A stretch of DNA of 64,000 bases from Bilabrum cf. latius (GCA_965178125.1 OZ237750.1:620001-684000); one strand, 5' to 3'. Positions 13,587 to 28,516 are shown, counted from the stretch's first letter. Notes: generated by a model from the sequence alone, not told the origin. Translations and numbers: made by a program.

Positions 13587-13762
13587 TTTCCAAACACTAA
13601 GAATCCAGGTGGATTCCCCGGCAATTTCGTATGCCAGACCGGATGTGGGGCACTTGCTGTTGGTTGCACTTTGTTTTAAATGAGATTTTTGCAGCTGAAA
13701 CAACACTGCTCAACTTCTCCCAATCAGTGCAATTTTTGCAGGCCCATTGCACTCCACAGACG

Positions 13763-15464
13763 ATGTACCGTAGCATACTGAGCAAGGGAGGTCGATTAAT
13801 TCGAGCCTGTCCATCCCGTAGATTGGACATCAGCGTTAGAGTATCTCGATGTGGGGGCTCCTGGGGGGGATTCGGGAGGTCTCTGTCAGTCTCCGCGTCT
13901 GCGCTTGCTTCAGCTGACCCAAGCAATGACGGGAAGGAGTCGTGGTTCACTAGTAAAGGGACAGACTCAAATAATAGCTAGGACTTTACCCAGGCAGGAT
14001 CTAGTTTCGATAGCGAGGGCGTTGATGCCAGTGGCGCTAATGGCGGATTCGATATTGTAGATTTGTCCGAGAAACCAGGCACAGATGTGCAGGATATTGT
14101 AGAAGACTTGGCGTCACAAGACACTGAACAGTACGCTGATGTTATTAGATCTATGAGTGAGTTTTCCACTGCAGTTCACAGATCGCAGATGTGCTCGTCC
14201 GTCTTGCAAGGAGCCCTCCGATGTGCAGTGTCGCCCCCCTTTTTCCTCTCCTCCTGGTCTCGCAGCCTGGGTCGAGGACTGGACCATGCGATTCCCTTCG
14301 CCGCTGGGCTGGGTGGGCTCTCGTGTCCTCGACGCCCACGACACGCTGGGCCTGGAGTGGTGGGCCTCGATCGCCGCCGTCTCCGTGCTCTTCCGGGCGG
14401 CCTACCTGCCCATCGCCATCTCGCAGCAGGCCATGGGCAGCCGGTCGAGGACCATCCAGGTGGCCACCAAACAGAGCACCGAGATGCTCAAGGAACTCGC
14501 GTCTGGGGGCGGCGCCCAGGTGGACCCGAAGGTGCGGCTGGACCACTTCAAGCAGATGTCAGAGCTCAGGAAGAAAGCGGGGGTCAGTCCCCTTAGGATG
14601 CTGCTGCCCATGTTCGTCCTCATCCCAGGGTCTATCTTCGTGTTCCAGGGAATGAGGCACCTCTCGGAAGCTGCCACGAGGATACCGGGCATGGAGACCG
14701 GCGGGCTGCCCTGGGCCCCTGACCTGAGCGTGCCCGACCCGTATTTCATTCTGCCGGCGCTTTCTCTCGTCGGTGCGGGGATCAGCGCTGCCATAAGCAG
14801 GAAAACAAACGAAGAAATGGCACGCTACAGCCCCCCCGCCCTGAACCCCGACACGATCTTCACGGGCCTCGTGGGCATGCAGCTCCTCTTCGCACCCATC
14901 ATGGCGGGCTTCCCCCTGGGCCTCCAGATCCTGTTTTGCTCCACCTCCTGGACCCTCATGCTGACGCCGCTGCTGGCCAGGCAGCCCTTCATCCACAGCA
15001 TGTTCAAGTTCGCCCCGGGGTGGCCCAACCACGTCAAGCAGATCCCCCCTGCAGGCATGACACAGAGGGAAGCAGACCTCAAGGCGCTAGAGATCGCCGA
15101 GGAGTCCGCCGCATAGTTCCTGCCCTACATGGGCGGCTTGCAGGGGGTGGCGCAGCGCTTCACCAGGCGAAAGGGCCAGGCACCTGGGGCGGACAACCCC
15201 AACTACGTGGGCCTGTTTGGGTCCCACAGCGCGGGCCCTCCGCCACCACCCTTGCACGTCGTTGCCGCGAGCCAGTCAGCCAAGTCGGTGGCGGAAGAGG
15301 TGGCTGCAAACGTTGCGCAGGCGAACTTTTCTGGCGCCCAGACTGCGGCCCCGCTCGGCTCGGGCTCGGTGGAGGGAGCGGGGGAGGGAGCGGGCGCGAG
15401 CAGCGCACCTGCGCCTTCGAGCGGCCCCGTCCGCAGGAAGAGGCGAAAAGGGAAGAGGCGGTGA
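13763..15464 (+). CDS. OXA1: Mitochondrial OXA1/YidC-family membrane insertase; intron 14157-14265
   Basis: Arg-rich presequence; HDTLGLEWWASI..FRAAYLP; GGLPWAPDLSVPDPYFILP. TAGs at 13979 and 15114; TGA at 15462. Confidence 0.85.
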
Positions 15465-15630
15465 CGTTCTAGGTTTGATTCAGTGATTTGCAATGCACAG
15501 CATGGTCTACGTGGCACGCACAGGCACGCATCGCGATGGTCGACGGACGGAGATCCGCCCACTCATCACACTAAACGGCACACTTCCCTGAACGCGTAAG
15601 AACTGGCAAAGAGGGGCTCGTGCAGTCGCC

Positions 15631-18600
15631 ATGTCGAGCCCATCCTAGCCAACGAAGGAGCAAGTGTCTGGACTACTTGGTGCTATGCACTCAGATGACG
15701 ATAAGGCAAGGTCTGTAGCCTAGCAACGGTGGTTCGAGTTTCACTCTCGCGACAAGATTGGGGTAAGTGCAACGGCAACCATAGCGTGATGCATGGCGCA
15801 GTTGCGATGTCACCGCCAGATTCAATGGATTATTCAGAATCATTTGCATAATCGCAGGCAGTTAGAGCAGTAATGGTGCAAGCAGCGGAGAATCCTGCGG
15901 CGCCAGCACGTAAAATGGCAACAGTGCTCCTTCGCAGCCTGTTGGACAGCTCTGGGGACGGGAAAGAAGTTGCCCAGAAGCTTCCTGGCGCCGGACTGAG
16001 CTCTCTCCAGAAAATGCTGCTGAGCCGCATGAACGAGGAGCCTGATGAGTCTGTAGCCGCAGGCGTACAGCACCTCATCGGCAACTTGGCCGCCATTCTG
16101 GTCACCCCAGACGATGAGAGGTCTGCCAGCAAGCTCGACCTGCGGTCCAGATGGCCTGACTTGCTGCCGTTTATCGGTTCCGGCTGCAACTCTCCGAAAC
16201 CCGCCAGCCGGGCTCGAAGCTTCCAGCTGCTGGCGACCATCGTGGGCTACCTCGGCGGCGAGGTGGCAGACAGGCTCGTGGGCTCCACCGCGAAGGCGAT
16301 CCAGGCCGGGGTTAGCGACTCTGACGTCAGCGTCAAGGTCGCTGCGGCAATCGCGTGCGTGACTCTAATGTCGGAGACGAGCAGCGTGGAGACGGCCAAG
16401 CCCATGCTGGGCGCGCTCCCCGCCATGTTCGGGGTGCTGCGGGAAGCCATTTCCAGGGACGAGCAGGCAGGCTCGCAGGTCATGCAGGCCCTCGTGGAGC
16501 TTGCCGGGCAGAAGCCCTCCATCTTCGCCCCTCCCGCCTTTTAGCCCGCGGTGCGTGCCTCCCTCGAGGTCGCCTCCACGGCCTCCTTCGAGCCACAGAC
16601 CAGGAAGGCGGGTCTAGAGCTGCCGGTGCAGCTGTGCGTGTGCGCAGACCACATGGTCAGGAAGGCACCCGCAGAGACCCGCGCTGCCATCCTGCAGTGC
16701 GCCTGTCGCATGGCATCCGAGGTGGACGACGACGAGGACTGGGCCAAGGAGAACGACGTGGAGACCAACTTTTTCCTCGAGTCAGACCCCAGCCCGGTGG
16801 TGGACGCGGGTCTCGATGCCATCCAGAGGGTCACCCTGTCGCTGAAGGGGAGGGTGCTGCTTGCTCCGATCGTTCAGATCACGGATAGGCTGATGAAGTC
16901 CGGCAACTGGAAGGAGCGGTACGCTGGGCTGGCCGTGCTAGGCCTGAGCTCCAACGGGTGCGCCGACCAGCTGATCAAGAACCCCACCAAGGCGCTGGCT
17001 CCCTTCGTGAGCCTGGCCAAGTCGGATCCCCACCCGCGGGTGCGCTACATCGCGTACCAGGGCATCGCCGCCATGATCGACGCCCTCTCGACTGACTCGG
17101 TCAAGGCAGCCGTGCCTTTCCATCAGCAGGTGCACAAGGCGCTGTATCCCTACCTCTGCGATGCGATCGCGGCCAAGGAGAACAAGGCCCAACCCAGGGT
17201 GCACGGTGCTGCAGTGTATGCCATGCGCCAGTTTGTGATCGTGAAGGTGAAGGAGCACCACATCGCGCCGCCGGAGCGAGCCATCGTGCCGCTCGTTGAC
17301 GCCGTCCGGTCGTCGCCTCGCGCCAACACCAAGCAGTTCGCGCTGCAGGCCATCAGCCTCATGATCACCAACGCGATGTCCAAGGCGACATGCACATCAA
17401 TCTACTCCAAACTCATGCCCGTGCTGCGGTCGAGTCTTGGGGAGGCCCGGAAGGCAAAGGCTGCGACTGGGGAGGAGATGCCTCTGGTGGACCGCGTGCT
17501 CGAGGTGGTGGGCACGCTCATCTCCAACGTGAGGGAAGATGTCGCGGGGAAGGACGCCTCCCAGGTCATGAAGCTAGTGGAACCCTCGCTGGCCCGGAAG
17601 TCGTGCGCCCCAGACACATACAGAATGGCGCACATGACGGCTGTGCGGATCGCCATGTGCGTGGGGGAGAAGTTCAAGCCTTTTCTCCCCAGGATCATCC
17701 CAGGGCTAGTGGAAACGGCCAAGTCAGAGATCCCCATGTACGTCACCACCTCGCCGGAGTACGCGACCGTTTCAAACCCCTCAGGGAGCGGTGAACCGTT
17801 CACCCGCGTCGTAGAGATGAAGCCAGAGGCAGTGTCTGGGGGAGGCGCAGCCGCTGGGGGCGCGTCTGCCAGAAGCGAAGCATACGTGCAGACCATTATT
17901 CCGGGTTCCACGCGAGCGGTGGCATACAGCAGGGACGCGATGGAGGAGAAGGAGTCGGCCGTGTACACGCTATTCATGTACGCCAGCAACCTGGTAGACA
18001 GCATGTTTCCCTTCGCGGGAACCGTGGCGCAGACCGCGGCTGCGCTTCTCGGCCAGAAGATCGGCCCAAACATTCGCTCGCTTGCCGCACCCATGCTTGT
18101 AAAGTGTGCGTACATTGCCGCCAAGGATCCTAGAGGGCCGTCCTACTCGCAGCCGATGTTCGTGCGCATGGTACAGTCGCTGGTTGGAGCTATCGACGGG
18201 GAGAAGGACGTGGATGTGCTGCCCACTCTGCTCGAGTCCCTAGCGGGTATGTGCAGGCTGTGCTGGCGATTGCGACCGACAGACGGGTCTCCACCGTCTG
18301 TTACCGTTCCCGAAGATGCTCTGGACAAGGTGTTTACGACGATGGGCACAGTGTTCCAGCTGTCCAACGACAGACGGGAGCAGCTCCACCTGCACATGAG
18401 GGACCACCCGGAGGAGGTAGATCCTGAGACGCTGGATTTCATGCGAGAGACGAGCGCAAAGGAGGACGAGATCATCTAGGCGGTCACCGAGGTGACAGAG
18501 GCCCTTCTCAAGGTGCATGGCTCCAAGGCGTTCGGGGCAGTGCGGGCGCACCTGGTGCCGCAGCTGCCCAAGCTCTTCGGCAAGCACGACATGCCCGACG

Positions 18601-19400
18601 TGCAGTACGTGGCTGTGAGCGTGCTGGACGCACTGTTTGACTTTGCGGGACCCGAGGCCTTCGGCTTGCTGCCCAAGGTCTTTGAGGACATGAAGAAATT
18701 CGCGGGTCACCAGCACCCCGACCTCAGGCAGTGCGCCGCCTACGGCCTCGGCCTAGTGGCCGAGAAGGGACCCCCGGACGCAGACAAGGTCATGCCCGCC
18801 ATCGTGGGCGCACTGCGCTCCGGCCTGTCCCTTGACTGCGCCAGGGCGGACGAGGAGCAGTCGCGCAGCACGGACAACGTGGTGAGCTCGCTGCTCCGAG
18901 TAGTTCGGTACAGATCCAAGGCACCCGGCGTGGACGCGGGCCGCATCCTCAAAGAGTGCGTCCTGCCGAATCTGCCGGCCACCGACTGCCCCACGGAGAG
19001 CAAGATCATCCACGGGTGGGTCCTCCGCGCCATCGAGGCCAAAGACGGCATGCTGCTGGCTGCCGCGGGGGGCGGCGCTAGCGGGGCAAGCCGGCTGCTG
19101 CAGCTCCTGGCCATGATGCTCGGGGAGCACCACGTGAAGGTGTTGTTGTCTGACGTGGAGTACGAGGGCGGGGAAGAGGTCGGTACGGAGGTGGACGAGG
19201 AGGACATCCCAGGCATCCTCTTCGCGAGCGACTTGCCTCTCGCCAAGCGCTGCGTGGATGCCCTGATGGGCGGCCTGCCCAAAGAGGCAGTGCAGGCGGT
19301 GCTGGGGAAGGTACCGCCGCCGGTATAGGAGCTACTGAAGGATCCAAGTCAGGTTAGGGACCCGGAGGCACTGATTGGTGCGATTCACGGCGAATTCTAA
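15631..19400 (+). CDS. Importin-beta family karyopherin (importin-4/5-like HEAT repeats); intron 15763-15857
   Basis: WPDLLPFI, NWKERYAGL, DPHPRVRY, PRVHGAA, GEKFKPFLPRIIP, EEKESA, DLRQCAAYGLG, TDNVVSSL. In-frame TAGs at 15646, 15721, 16542, 18477 and 19326; ends at TAA 19398. Confidence 0.88.
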
Positions 19401-19433
19401 CTGGTTACTATTCTTGCAGTTGCACTTGTGCAA

Positions 19434-20006
19434 TCATCCTCGGAAGCCGCCACCTCCAACTTTTGTCTTCGGCGGCCTGTAAACCTAAAAGCTACCCTCG
19501 TTCGGCTTTGCGTGCGTGAAGTATGCCAGGGCTTCATGCAGGCCATTCTCGGAGCGAGACCCTGGAAAGGGTCCTTCGATCGATCCGGCACTAAACATGG
19601 ACTAGATTCCGGTCTTCGCCTCCCGTTTCACTTCGTGCTGCATAGTTACAGCAGCTTGCTTTTCAAACAGGTGACTCTCCTCTTCCAAGATCTCCTTGAC
19701 CGGTACTTTTGCTGGAGCAACTGTTGGAGCTGATCCATCTGCCGCTTCACGATTCATGGTGGCTCGCATGCCGTCAATTTTTTCCAATGGAACTGCTTCA
19801 ATAGCATCTTTCAGTAGATCCGCGTGCTTTTGCTCGTGTCTGCTCTCAATGCACCGCTTTTGCATCTCGTCCGCAGATGCCACTTCCATCATCGTGCTTC
19901 TTGTTGTGGTTGTCTGGGGCACGCCACCAAACGGCTCCGTCTTCTGTTTTCGTACGCGTGTTGATCGCAACATTGCGCCTTCTGTAGAGCCCCAAGTGAC
20001 TTCCAT
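19434..20006 (-). CDS. Hypothetical protein, about 190 aa (start uncertain)
   Basis: The track ORF 19602-20036 extends through two TAGs to TGA at 19434, filling the gap between importin and PRP31. No recognisable motif. Confidence 0.5.
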
Positions 20007-20132
20007 CGCACAATAAGACCTTCTGGAGCTTCCCACTTGTGTCCGTTCAAGAGTAGGTTCCGCAGGTGGCCGCGGCGCGGCGCCTGCTGTGCATCTGCCA
20101 GGATTCAGAAATTGCCTCTACCGGAAAGGCAT

Positions 20133-21938
20133 ATGGCGGCTAGTGGAATTGACGATGACTTTCTGGATGATTTGGATGATCTTGGAGGTGATGAAGAGAT
20201 AGCTGTTCAGGATAGTCAAAACGTTCCTGCTTCCACAGGGGCACCAAATGAGGCAGCCAGTGTATCCGCCGATGGTGAGGGTTCTGGAGCCGCTGCAATG
20301 GAGCAGGAAGGCGGCGACTCCGAATCAGACGAAGATGATATATGGTTTTCAGGTTCCAAGCCTGCAAAGGCAGCATCGGCTCAGGAACGTGTCGTGCCGC
20401 CGTCACTTCCCAAAAGTAGCATCAGGGCATCCTCCCTTTCGGCAATCGATAGGTAGGCCGAGTCCGAGTCCGAGACGCTTCGTTCCGTTGATGCGATGCG
20501 ATCTGGGACAGGCAGAGCTGCTGGGAGCGCGACAGCTGTGGATGAGATGCCTCAAAGATTGCGCTCGATTGCGAGACTGCGAGCATCTGCCTCGTTCGCC
20601 GACCACATGGCTCGCGTGCGCGAGGCCACACTGCGCCCAGCGCCTAAAGCAATCGTAGGCGCGCTAGAGGCACAGCCGGAGTACAAGTTGCTGGTCGCTT
20701 CGAACGTGCTCGTGCAGCAAGTGGAGGAGGAGCAGGAGGCCGTGCACAAGCTGGTCGCAGACACGTACCAGGCGCACTTTCCGCAGCTGATCGATCTCGT
20801 TACGGACCCATTGATGTACTGTAAGGCGGCTCACATGATTCGAAATTCGAAGGATCTCACCAAGCTCGATTTGGAATCAGTCCTCCCCAGAAACGTGGCG
20901 ATGGGCGTGGTAGTGGCGGGCTCCTCCACGGCAGGTCGCGACCTCACAGAGGAGGAGCTTTCGCTGTGCGTGGCTGGCTGCGAGGAGGCGGAGCGGCTGG
21001 ACTAGGATCGCACCGCCATGCTTGATTTCGTGGAGAGCCGCATGTCCGTGCTGGCGCCCAACCTGTCGACCCTCCTCGGTACTGCGGCGGCTGCTAGGCT
21101 CGTGGGGCTGGCGGGGGGGCTGGCTCGGCTGAGCGAAGTGCCCGGCTGCAACATCCTTGTCATGGGCAAGCCCAAGCAGAGGATGCTGGGGATGTCCACG
21201 GTGGGCAGGGACCCCCACGTTGGGGTCATCGCGCAGTCCCCCCTGGTGTCGGAGGCCCCCAAGCACCTCCGGAGAAGGGCCGCCAAAGTGGCCGCCAGCC
21301 GCGCTGCCTTGGCGGCGCGGGTGGACTGCCACCGCACCCACCAGGACGGCCGCACGGGGGAGTCCTTCCGCGATTAGATCCTCGCTTAGATCGACAAGTG
21401 GGACGAGCCTCCCCCCAGCAAGTCCGTCAAGCCCCTTCCCCTCCCGGACCAGGTGAAGCGCAAGAAGCGGGGGGGGCAGCTAGCCAGGAAGAGGAAGGCC
21501 AAGTTCGGCCTGACGGACGTGCGTCAGCTGGCGGGGCGCACCACCTTCGGGACGACAGAGGGAGAGTACGGAGACGTGGCCATGGGCAGCACGCTGGGCA
21601 TGCTATCCCAGCGCAAAACGGCTGCTGGCAGCAGCTCCCGCATTGTGTCCAAGGCGCAGGAGCAGAAGAAGATGTTCGTGGGGTACAAGAGGGGCAAGCC
21701 GAAGGGGGGCAAGGCTGCAAGAGCAGCCGCATCATCGCAGTCCTCGTCATAGGCTTCCGGCCGAGCTGCTCCTCCCGGGACTGGAGCCTCCGTGCGAGGC
21801 GGGCTGGATACGTCCCTGGTGCTCACACCCATGGTGGGAGCCGGAGGGAAGGCCATCTCGGCGGCGGACCGAGTCCGCAAGGCGAACGAGAGGTACTTTG
21901 CGCAGGCTGGGACGTTCACGCAGGTAAGGAAGGATTGA
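20133..21938 (+). CDS. PRPF31: U4/U6 snRNP protein Prp31 (Nop domain)
   Basis: PEYKLLVASN, FVESRMSVLAPNLS, ALAARVD, DKWDEPPP..KPLPLP, RKKRGG, C-terminal ANERYF. Five in-frame TAGs (20454, 21003, 21375, 21387, 21750); TGA at 21936. Confidence 0.95.
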
Positions 21939-22015
21939 TGTGCTTGTGTTCGCGGGGCTTTGTCGATGCAACTGCCATTGGGACATGGAATGAATCTGAG
22001 GGATTGCACTTGTCT

Positions 22016-22127
22016 AGCAGTGCCCGCACAGCAAACTTCAACTGTCCAATGGTTGGACTCTACCTTTGTTCGGGAAGAGACGCCGGTTCAATTCCGGCTA
22101 CTTTACGGGCACAGCCATCTTCTTTTT
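22016..22127 (+). ncRNA. tRNA-like putative Pol III ncRNA, copy 1
   Basis: Terminal stem GTGCCCG(22020)/CGGGCAC(22106); D-like arm GTCC-AATGGTT-GGAC; T-arm GCCGG-TTCAATT-CCGGC (B box); T5 tract at 22123-22127. Confidence 0.65.
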
Positions 22128-22435
22128 GCGATCCAGCAGATCTTAGCCATGCCGCGTTACGAAATAGCCAAATGGCACATTAAAATCGCACATGCATATT
22201 ACATGCACCGAATGTGGTTGAGGATTCGGTACCGGGACCCAAAATCGAATCGCATGCACGGGTGGCAAAACCAGACATAGTCAAATCTCCAATCAAATTT
22301 AATACGCCTTGCCCAGGCACGCCTCGCGCACCAAAAAACAAGATAGATATACTTCTTATTTATGATCTTCGGGTTTTGGCTGCATATCGTAACACGGCAC
22401 TGGCTACCCTGGAAGTTGATGGATTCGACAAGCGG

Positions 22436-22566
22436 AGCAGTGCCCGCACAGCGATTTCATTCGTGAATTTGGTCCAATGGTTGGATTCTACCCGGTTAGG
22501 GAAGAGATGTCGGTTCGATTCCGACAATTTACACCCAAAAAATACGGGCACAGCTCACGTATTTTT
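22436..22566 (+). ncRNA. tRNA-like putative Pol III ncRNA, copy 2 (near-complete cloverleaf at 22463-22533)
   Basis: Same terminal stem (22440/22545). Acceptor-like stem GTGAATT/AATTTAC, A box TGGTCCAATGG, T-arm GTCGG-TTCGATT-CCGAC, non-canonical anticodon arm, T5 tract at 22562-22566. Confidence 0.7.
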
Positions 22567-22760
22567 CTCCGGATCGAGTCTGAGTCTACTTTTCCCGCAC
22601 TGACCCGGAGAAAAATACGACCAAGAACAGCACCAGTCTGCCGTCCCACCGCCCACTCAGCAACGATTGCATCTTCAAGTATCTACGTTGTTAGCAGTGA
22701 GCCAGCGTGCTGAGCATTGCGCCCTTGCTTTCAGCTGCAAACGCCTACGCGACCATGTGC

Positions 22761-23840
22761 TCATACTTCAGCGACGTAGGCGAAGGCCTCTCGTCGCAGC
22801 GCCAATGATGACGGGCTGTGACCAGCAGCACCGGCTCCAATAAGCCGAAGCAGCTTTTGCATGCCTCCCAACCTGCTCGGCGCTTTACCTCTGCAGGGAG
22901 ATCGCATGCTGCCCGTGCCTTCCGCTGGATCTTGCGCGTGGCCAGCGGGCTAGAGTGTCAGGAAATCTCGAATGACCTCGTCAGCGACCGAATCCGCGCT
23001 CTCCAGAGAGTCGAATCCGCTATAGATTGGTTCCTCCGACGACTCAAGTGTATCGCAGGGTGCAGCTGCTGCCTGTGGAATCCCGAGCGATGTCCAGCGC
23101 ACCCTACGGAAACCTGCTTTTCGCAAGAGCGGCTCTCTCAGGTCAGGGTGTTCGTCCGAATAATGGAGAAATTGGGATGATGCTGGTAGTTTCCCAAGGT
23201 TGCTTGGCTGTTTTACAGGCACCGCGCACGCCCGGTGGTGTGACATCAATGCTCGAACCGGACCGGCCCGAAGCATCGCAACTGCTGCTGGAACGCCACC
23301 TTCGGGTGGTTTACCAAGCACAACTGCATCTATACCGCATTTATCAACGATTACTAGCGGTTCACCCCGAAACTGTCCTTCGTGTTGATGTACATCGCGC
23401 ATCGATCCGACCTAGAACGAACTCGGTGCATGCTAAGCCCCACCCGAAGCCTTCGAGGCCACTTGGGCTGATTGAAACAAAGACTGTGCGCCCTTTACAG
23501 CCTCAGCGGAGGCATCGATATTAATCACCTGGCTCGTAGTTCTGAGCGATGCAATGGCAGGAGACAAGACGCTTGTCCCACATCCAATGTGTATCACAGC
23601 ACAGCCTTGGCTTCTCCCAGCAGTGTTCGGCGCAATTCCCCTCATTCCGTGTGTCAGTTTCTCCATAGCCCTGGCCATATGGCGCAGAATCGCCGCAGTT
23701 GAGTACGGAAGCCAGTCGTCATACTGGGCGTGTCGGCCGGCAAACCATGAGTCCCACGACTTCACATCGGCTAGGTTCTGCAGCATACCAGTAGTTAATG
23801 GAGGCTTGGAGGCCTGTGCTAGCCGGGTCACAGCCCGCAT
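22761..23840 (-). CDS. Class I SAM-dependent protein-lysine methyltransferase, CSKMT/METTL12-like
   Basis: LADVKSWD..DW, HIGCGTS (motif I), INIDAS, VIVDKCGIDAV, YSDEHPDLR. TAGs at 23433, 23412 and 22950; TGA at 22761. Confidence 0.72.
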
Positions 23841-24013
23841 CAGGGCAGCAATTCTGCCACAGGCAACGAAATCTCCATCTCCCTCGCAGCTCCGAGTTGG
23901 CCAATCGCCACCGGCCAATTGTCAAGTTGCCAGTTTTTTAGAGTTGTGACGAGCAGAGTGCTGAGTGCTTCTCGTGAAAGACAGCCGAATTCGCGCGAAT
24001 GCATCTGTTCAAG

Positions 24014-25939
24014 TCACTGCCTACCATCAGCACCGCCACCATCGCCACCACCCGCGGCAGCTCCCGTCGGTGGCAGGTTCACGCCAAGGCTCGGCAGCAC
24101 AACTTCCCGGATCTGCTTGGCTTTCACTGGGCTCTTTTCCACGCCGATCCCCTGCTCGTGCATGTCGGCCATGTTGATCCAGCCCTGCACGGAACCGAGG
24201 TCCGCGGCACGTCGGTATAGGGCGAAGGCGCGACCCGCGTCGGGCACGCAACCCTGCCCCCGCAGCCGCATCGCTCCCGCGCTCAGCAAGCCACCAGTCT
24301 CGCCCTCCACCCCGGCCCGTTCGTAGTACGAGAGTGCTAGCACGTAGTCGCGCTCAACGCCGTCCAGACCCTTGTAGTACGCGTCTCCGAGGTCAAACAG
24401 CGCCGGGCCGTGCCTGCCCTGCTCCGCCAATCGCAGGTATCTCCACGCGGTTGCAACCAATCCATCGCTCGTCGCACCACCATTGACCTGTGCCTGTTCC
24501 CTGTAGTACTGCGCGAGGTAGTGTGCCGCTCCCGCGTGCCTACCGGAGTCAGCCGCGGCGCGGACAAGGCCTAGCCCCTCCTCTGCATTGCGGACGATCC
24601 CAGCATCCTCCTCCCCGGACAACAAGGCCACCCCGAGCCAAAACTGAGCCGAGGGGTCCCCTGCATCCGCAGCAAGCCGGAAGTACCTCGCCGCGAGCGG
24701 CCTGTCCCTGGGCACCTCCTCCCCGCCCGCCGCTCCGTCATAGTACAGCACACCTAAGTTGTAGAGGGCGTCCGGGTGCCGTGCCGCGGACTCGGAATCA
24801 ATCGCGTCCAGAGGGGAGGAAGATGACGAAATTGATGATGATGCATCGCCTGCCAGAGCGCCACCGCCAGCCTCTTCTTCCCCTCCGATGGAGGCCCCAG
24901 TCACCGCACTGAGGTACCAGGCAGCAGCTTGCGCGGGCAATGGGGGATCCTGGGCCAGGCACATGTTCCCCAGGGCAACTCGCGCGTCGCCGTGTCCCGC
25001 CGCTGCGGCCCGCCGGAGCCACCGTTCCGCCATGCCAACGTTCGTCGCGAGAGGGGGCAGTTCTGCAAGCATGGCCTCTTCGCTCTGTGAGTCGTACTCG
25101 GCCTAGCCCAGGATCGACGACTTGGGGAGCGCCTCGGCGGGGGCTGTGGCGGGGGCTGGCGATGCGGCTGCAGACTGAGACGCTTCTTCCGTGCTGTTTG
25201 CACTGTCCCCAGCGTGAGGCTTCGCTCCCGCTGCGGGTCCTTTGCCCTTGGAAAGCACCCTGGCGATTTTGGCCTTGCGCGCCTTTCGCCTCAGGGCCTT
25301 GATTTCCTGTGTGACGAGCGCGGCCTTCCGCATGCGAGCCAGTCTGTCTGCCACCGATTCGTCCCCAATGGCGACGTCGGCCCTATGCGACGGCCGGCTC
25401 GGGCTCGGCGCGCTGCCTCGCTCGAGGACCCTAGCAACAGACATGCCTGACGAACCACCGGCCTTTGTCGCGGCAGCGAGCTCGTCCGCGGTCTGCAGCA
25501 GCCGAGCGAGCCAGTACATGCTATCGGGATCCCCTCCTATGGCAGAATCGTGAAGCTACCGCAGAGCAAACTCGCCATCCACTGGGAACGGTCCTATCCC
25601 GAACATTGCCCATCGGCCGAGCCGCCCTCTCGCTTCCAAGTGGCCAGAGCTTGATGCCTTCTGCAACAACTCTGCAGCTTCGTTAAAGTAGTCCTCCTTC
25701 TGCTTGACGAGTTTAGCAACTGCTGCTGTATTCGACTAGGCGGCATCCTTGGCAGCCTGTTGCGCTAGCTGCTGGGCTTGTTGAATGAGTTCTGTTGCCT
25801 GCACGTATTGCTGTTCCGCTTCACTCGCTGTAACAGAAGTCGACGTACTACAATTCATGCGCAAAACGAGCCCCATAAGAGCGGGCGGTCGAATATGGTA
25901 CAGCCTGGGTACCTACGCCAAGCCTCGGAGCGCCCGCAT
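24014..25939 (-). CDS. Sel1-like repeat protein, possibly mitochondrial
   Basis: Repeats ALYNLGVLYYDG, AQFWLG, ALFDLGDAYYKG..ERDY, AFALYRRAADLG. Arg-rich N-terminus. TAGs at 25913, 25736, 25556 and 25103; TGA stop. Confidence 0.85.
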
Positions 25940-26252
25940 GGCGAACACGTCAGTTGCAGTTCTGCGTGATGGATGGAATACTTAATATACGGAGCCGTTC
26001 TGTCGTTGAGACTTGACAGCGTATGCAAACAATAATAGAGATTGGCCCTATCGAATCAAAATCGCTCTTTGTGGACAGCAAATCGGGAACTTGAAAATCT
26101 GCTCCAGGCCCTGTCGGGATGACGAGTGCTGATTGACCGACCGTGGTGTGTGGGCAGGTTGGCCACCACGCTGCACGCAGAGCAAGTCGCTCACCGACAC
26201 CAAGACGCATTACGACCAGCAAGCAAGGATGCGCGCTGCATCCACCACTCAT

Positions 26253-27887
<1,635 letters not shown>

Positions 27888-28181
27888 GCTAGGTCGTAGA
27901 TATGCAGTGCAACGATCAATCCAAGCTCGTCGAGATATATACCAGAAAATGCACGCAACCTCACAGCACTGCTCAACTGAATCAACTTGCAGCTTGAGCA
28001 GCTGAACGCAAACACGCTACATCCAACGCAATAGAGTGACTTGCTCCCACCAAGCGATGTTGTGGCGGGGGCTATCGGCACTTCAGATTGATCGTATGAG
28101 CGCAAGCAAGTGGCGAACGCAATCGGGCCCTCCCAGCCTTGCACGAACCACAAGGCAGACATTGCCGGTCAGGTGCTCCCC

Positions 28182-28479
28182 TCATGGTGTTGGCAGCGGC
28201 AGCCTAAACGTCTCCACGGCAGCCCCGGTCACCGACAGCTACCCTTCCGCAAACCCCATGGGGTCTCCCCCGATCCTCACAGCCCACTCGCCTGGCTGAA
28301 GCGACTCCACCCCGCTCGAGTCGACGGTCGCGAGGGCCTGCGAGGGAACAGCGAGGGTCACCAATCGACTCTCACCCGGCTGCACTGCGCCCTCGCGAGC
28401 AAACCCGAACAAGGATTCGAGCGGCTCCTGCCCCGCCCCTGCCTCTGCCTGCGAATCCTCCTCCGCCTCTCTCCACTAG

Positions 28480-28516
<37 letters not shown>

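Noticed and set aside
22050-22500. CTCTA/TTCTA in the tRNA-like elements as a CUA (amber) anticodon
   Set aside because: In the best fold, CTA lies in the 5' strand of the anticodon-equivalent stem, not in the loop. No downstream complement for a TTGGA anticodon stem exists, and a permuted or intron-containing layout did not fit.
22463-22533. Copy 2 as a normal tRNA-Asn(GTT)
   Set aside because: It has G instead of U33, an A-A mismatch in the anticodon stem and a short D-loop, and the loop is not conserved in copy 1.
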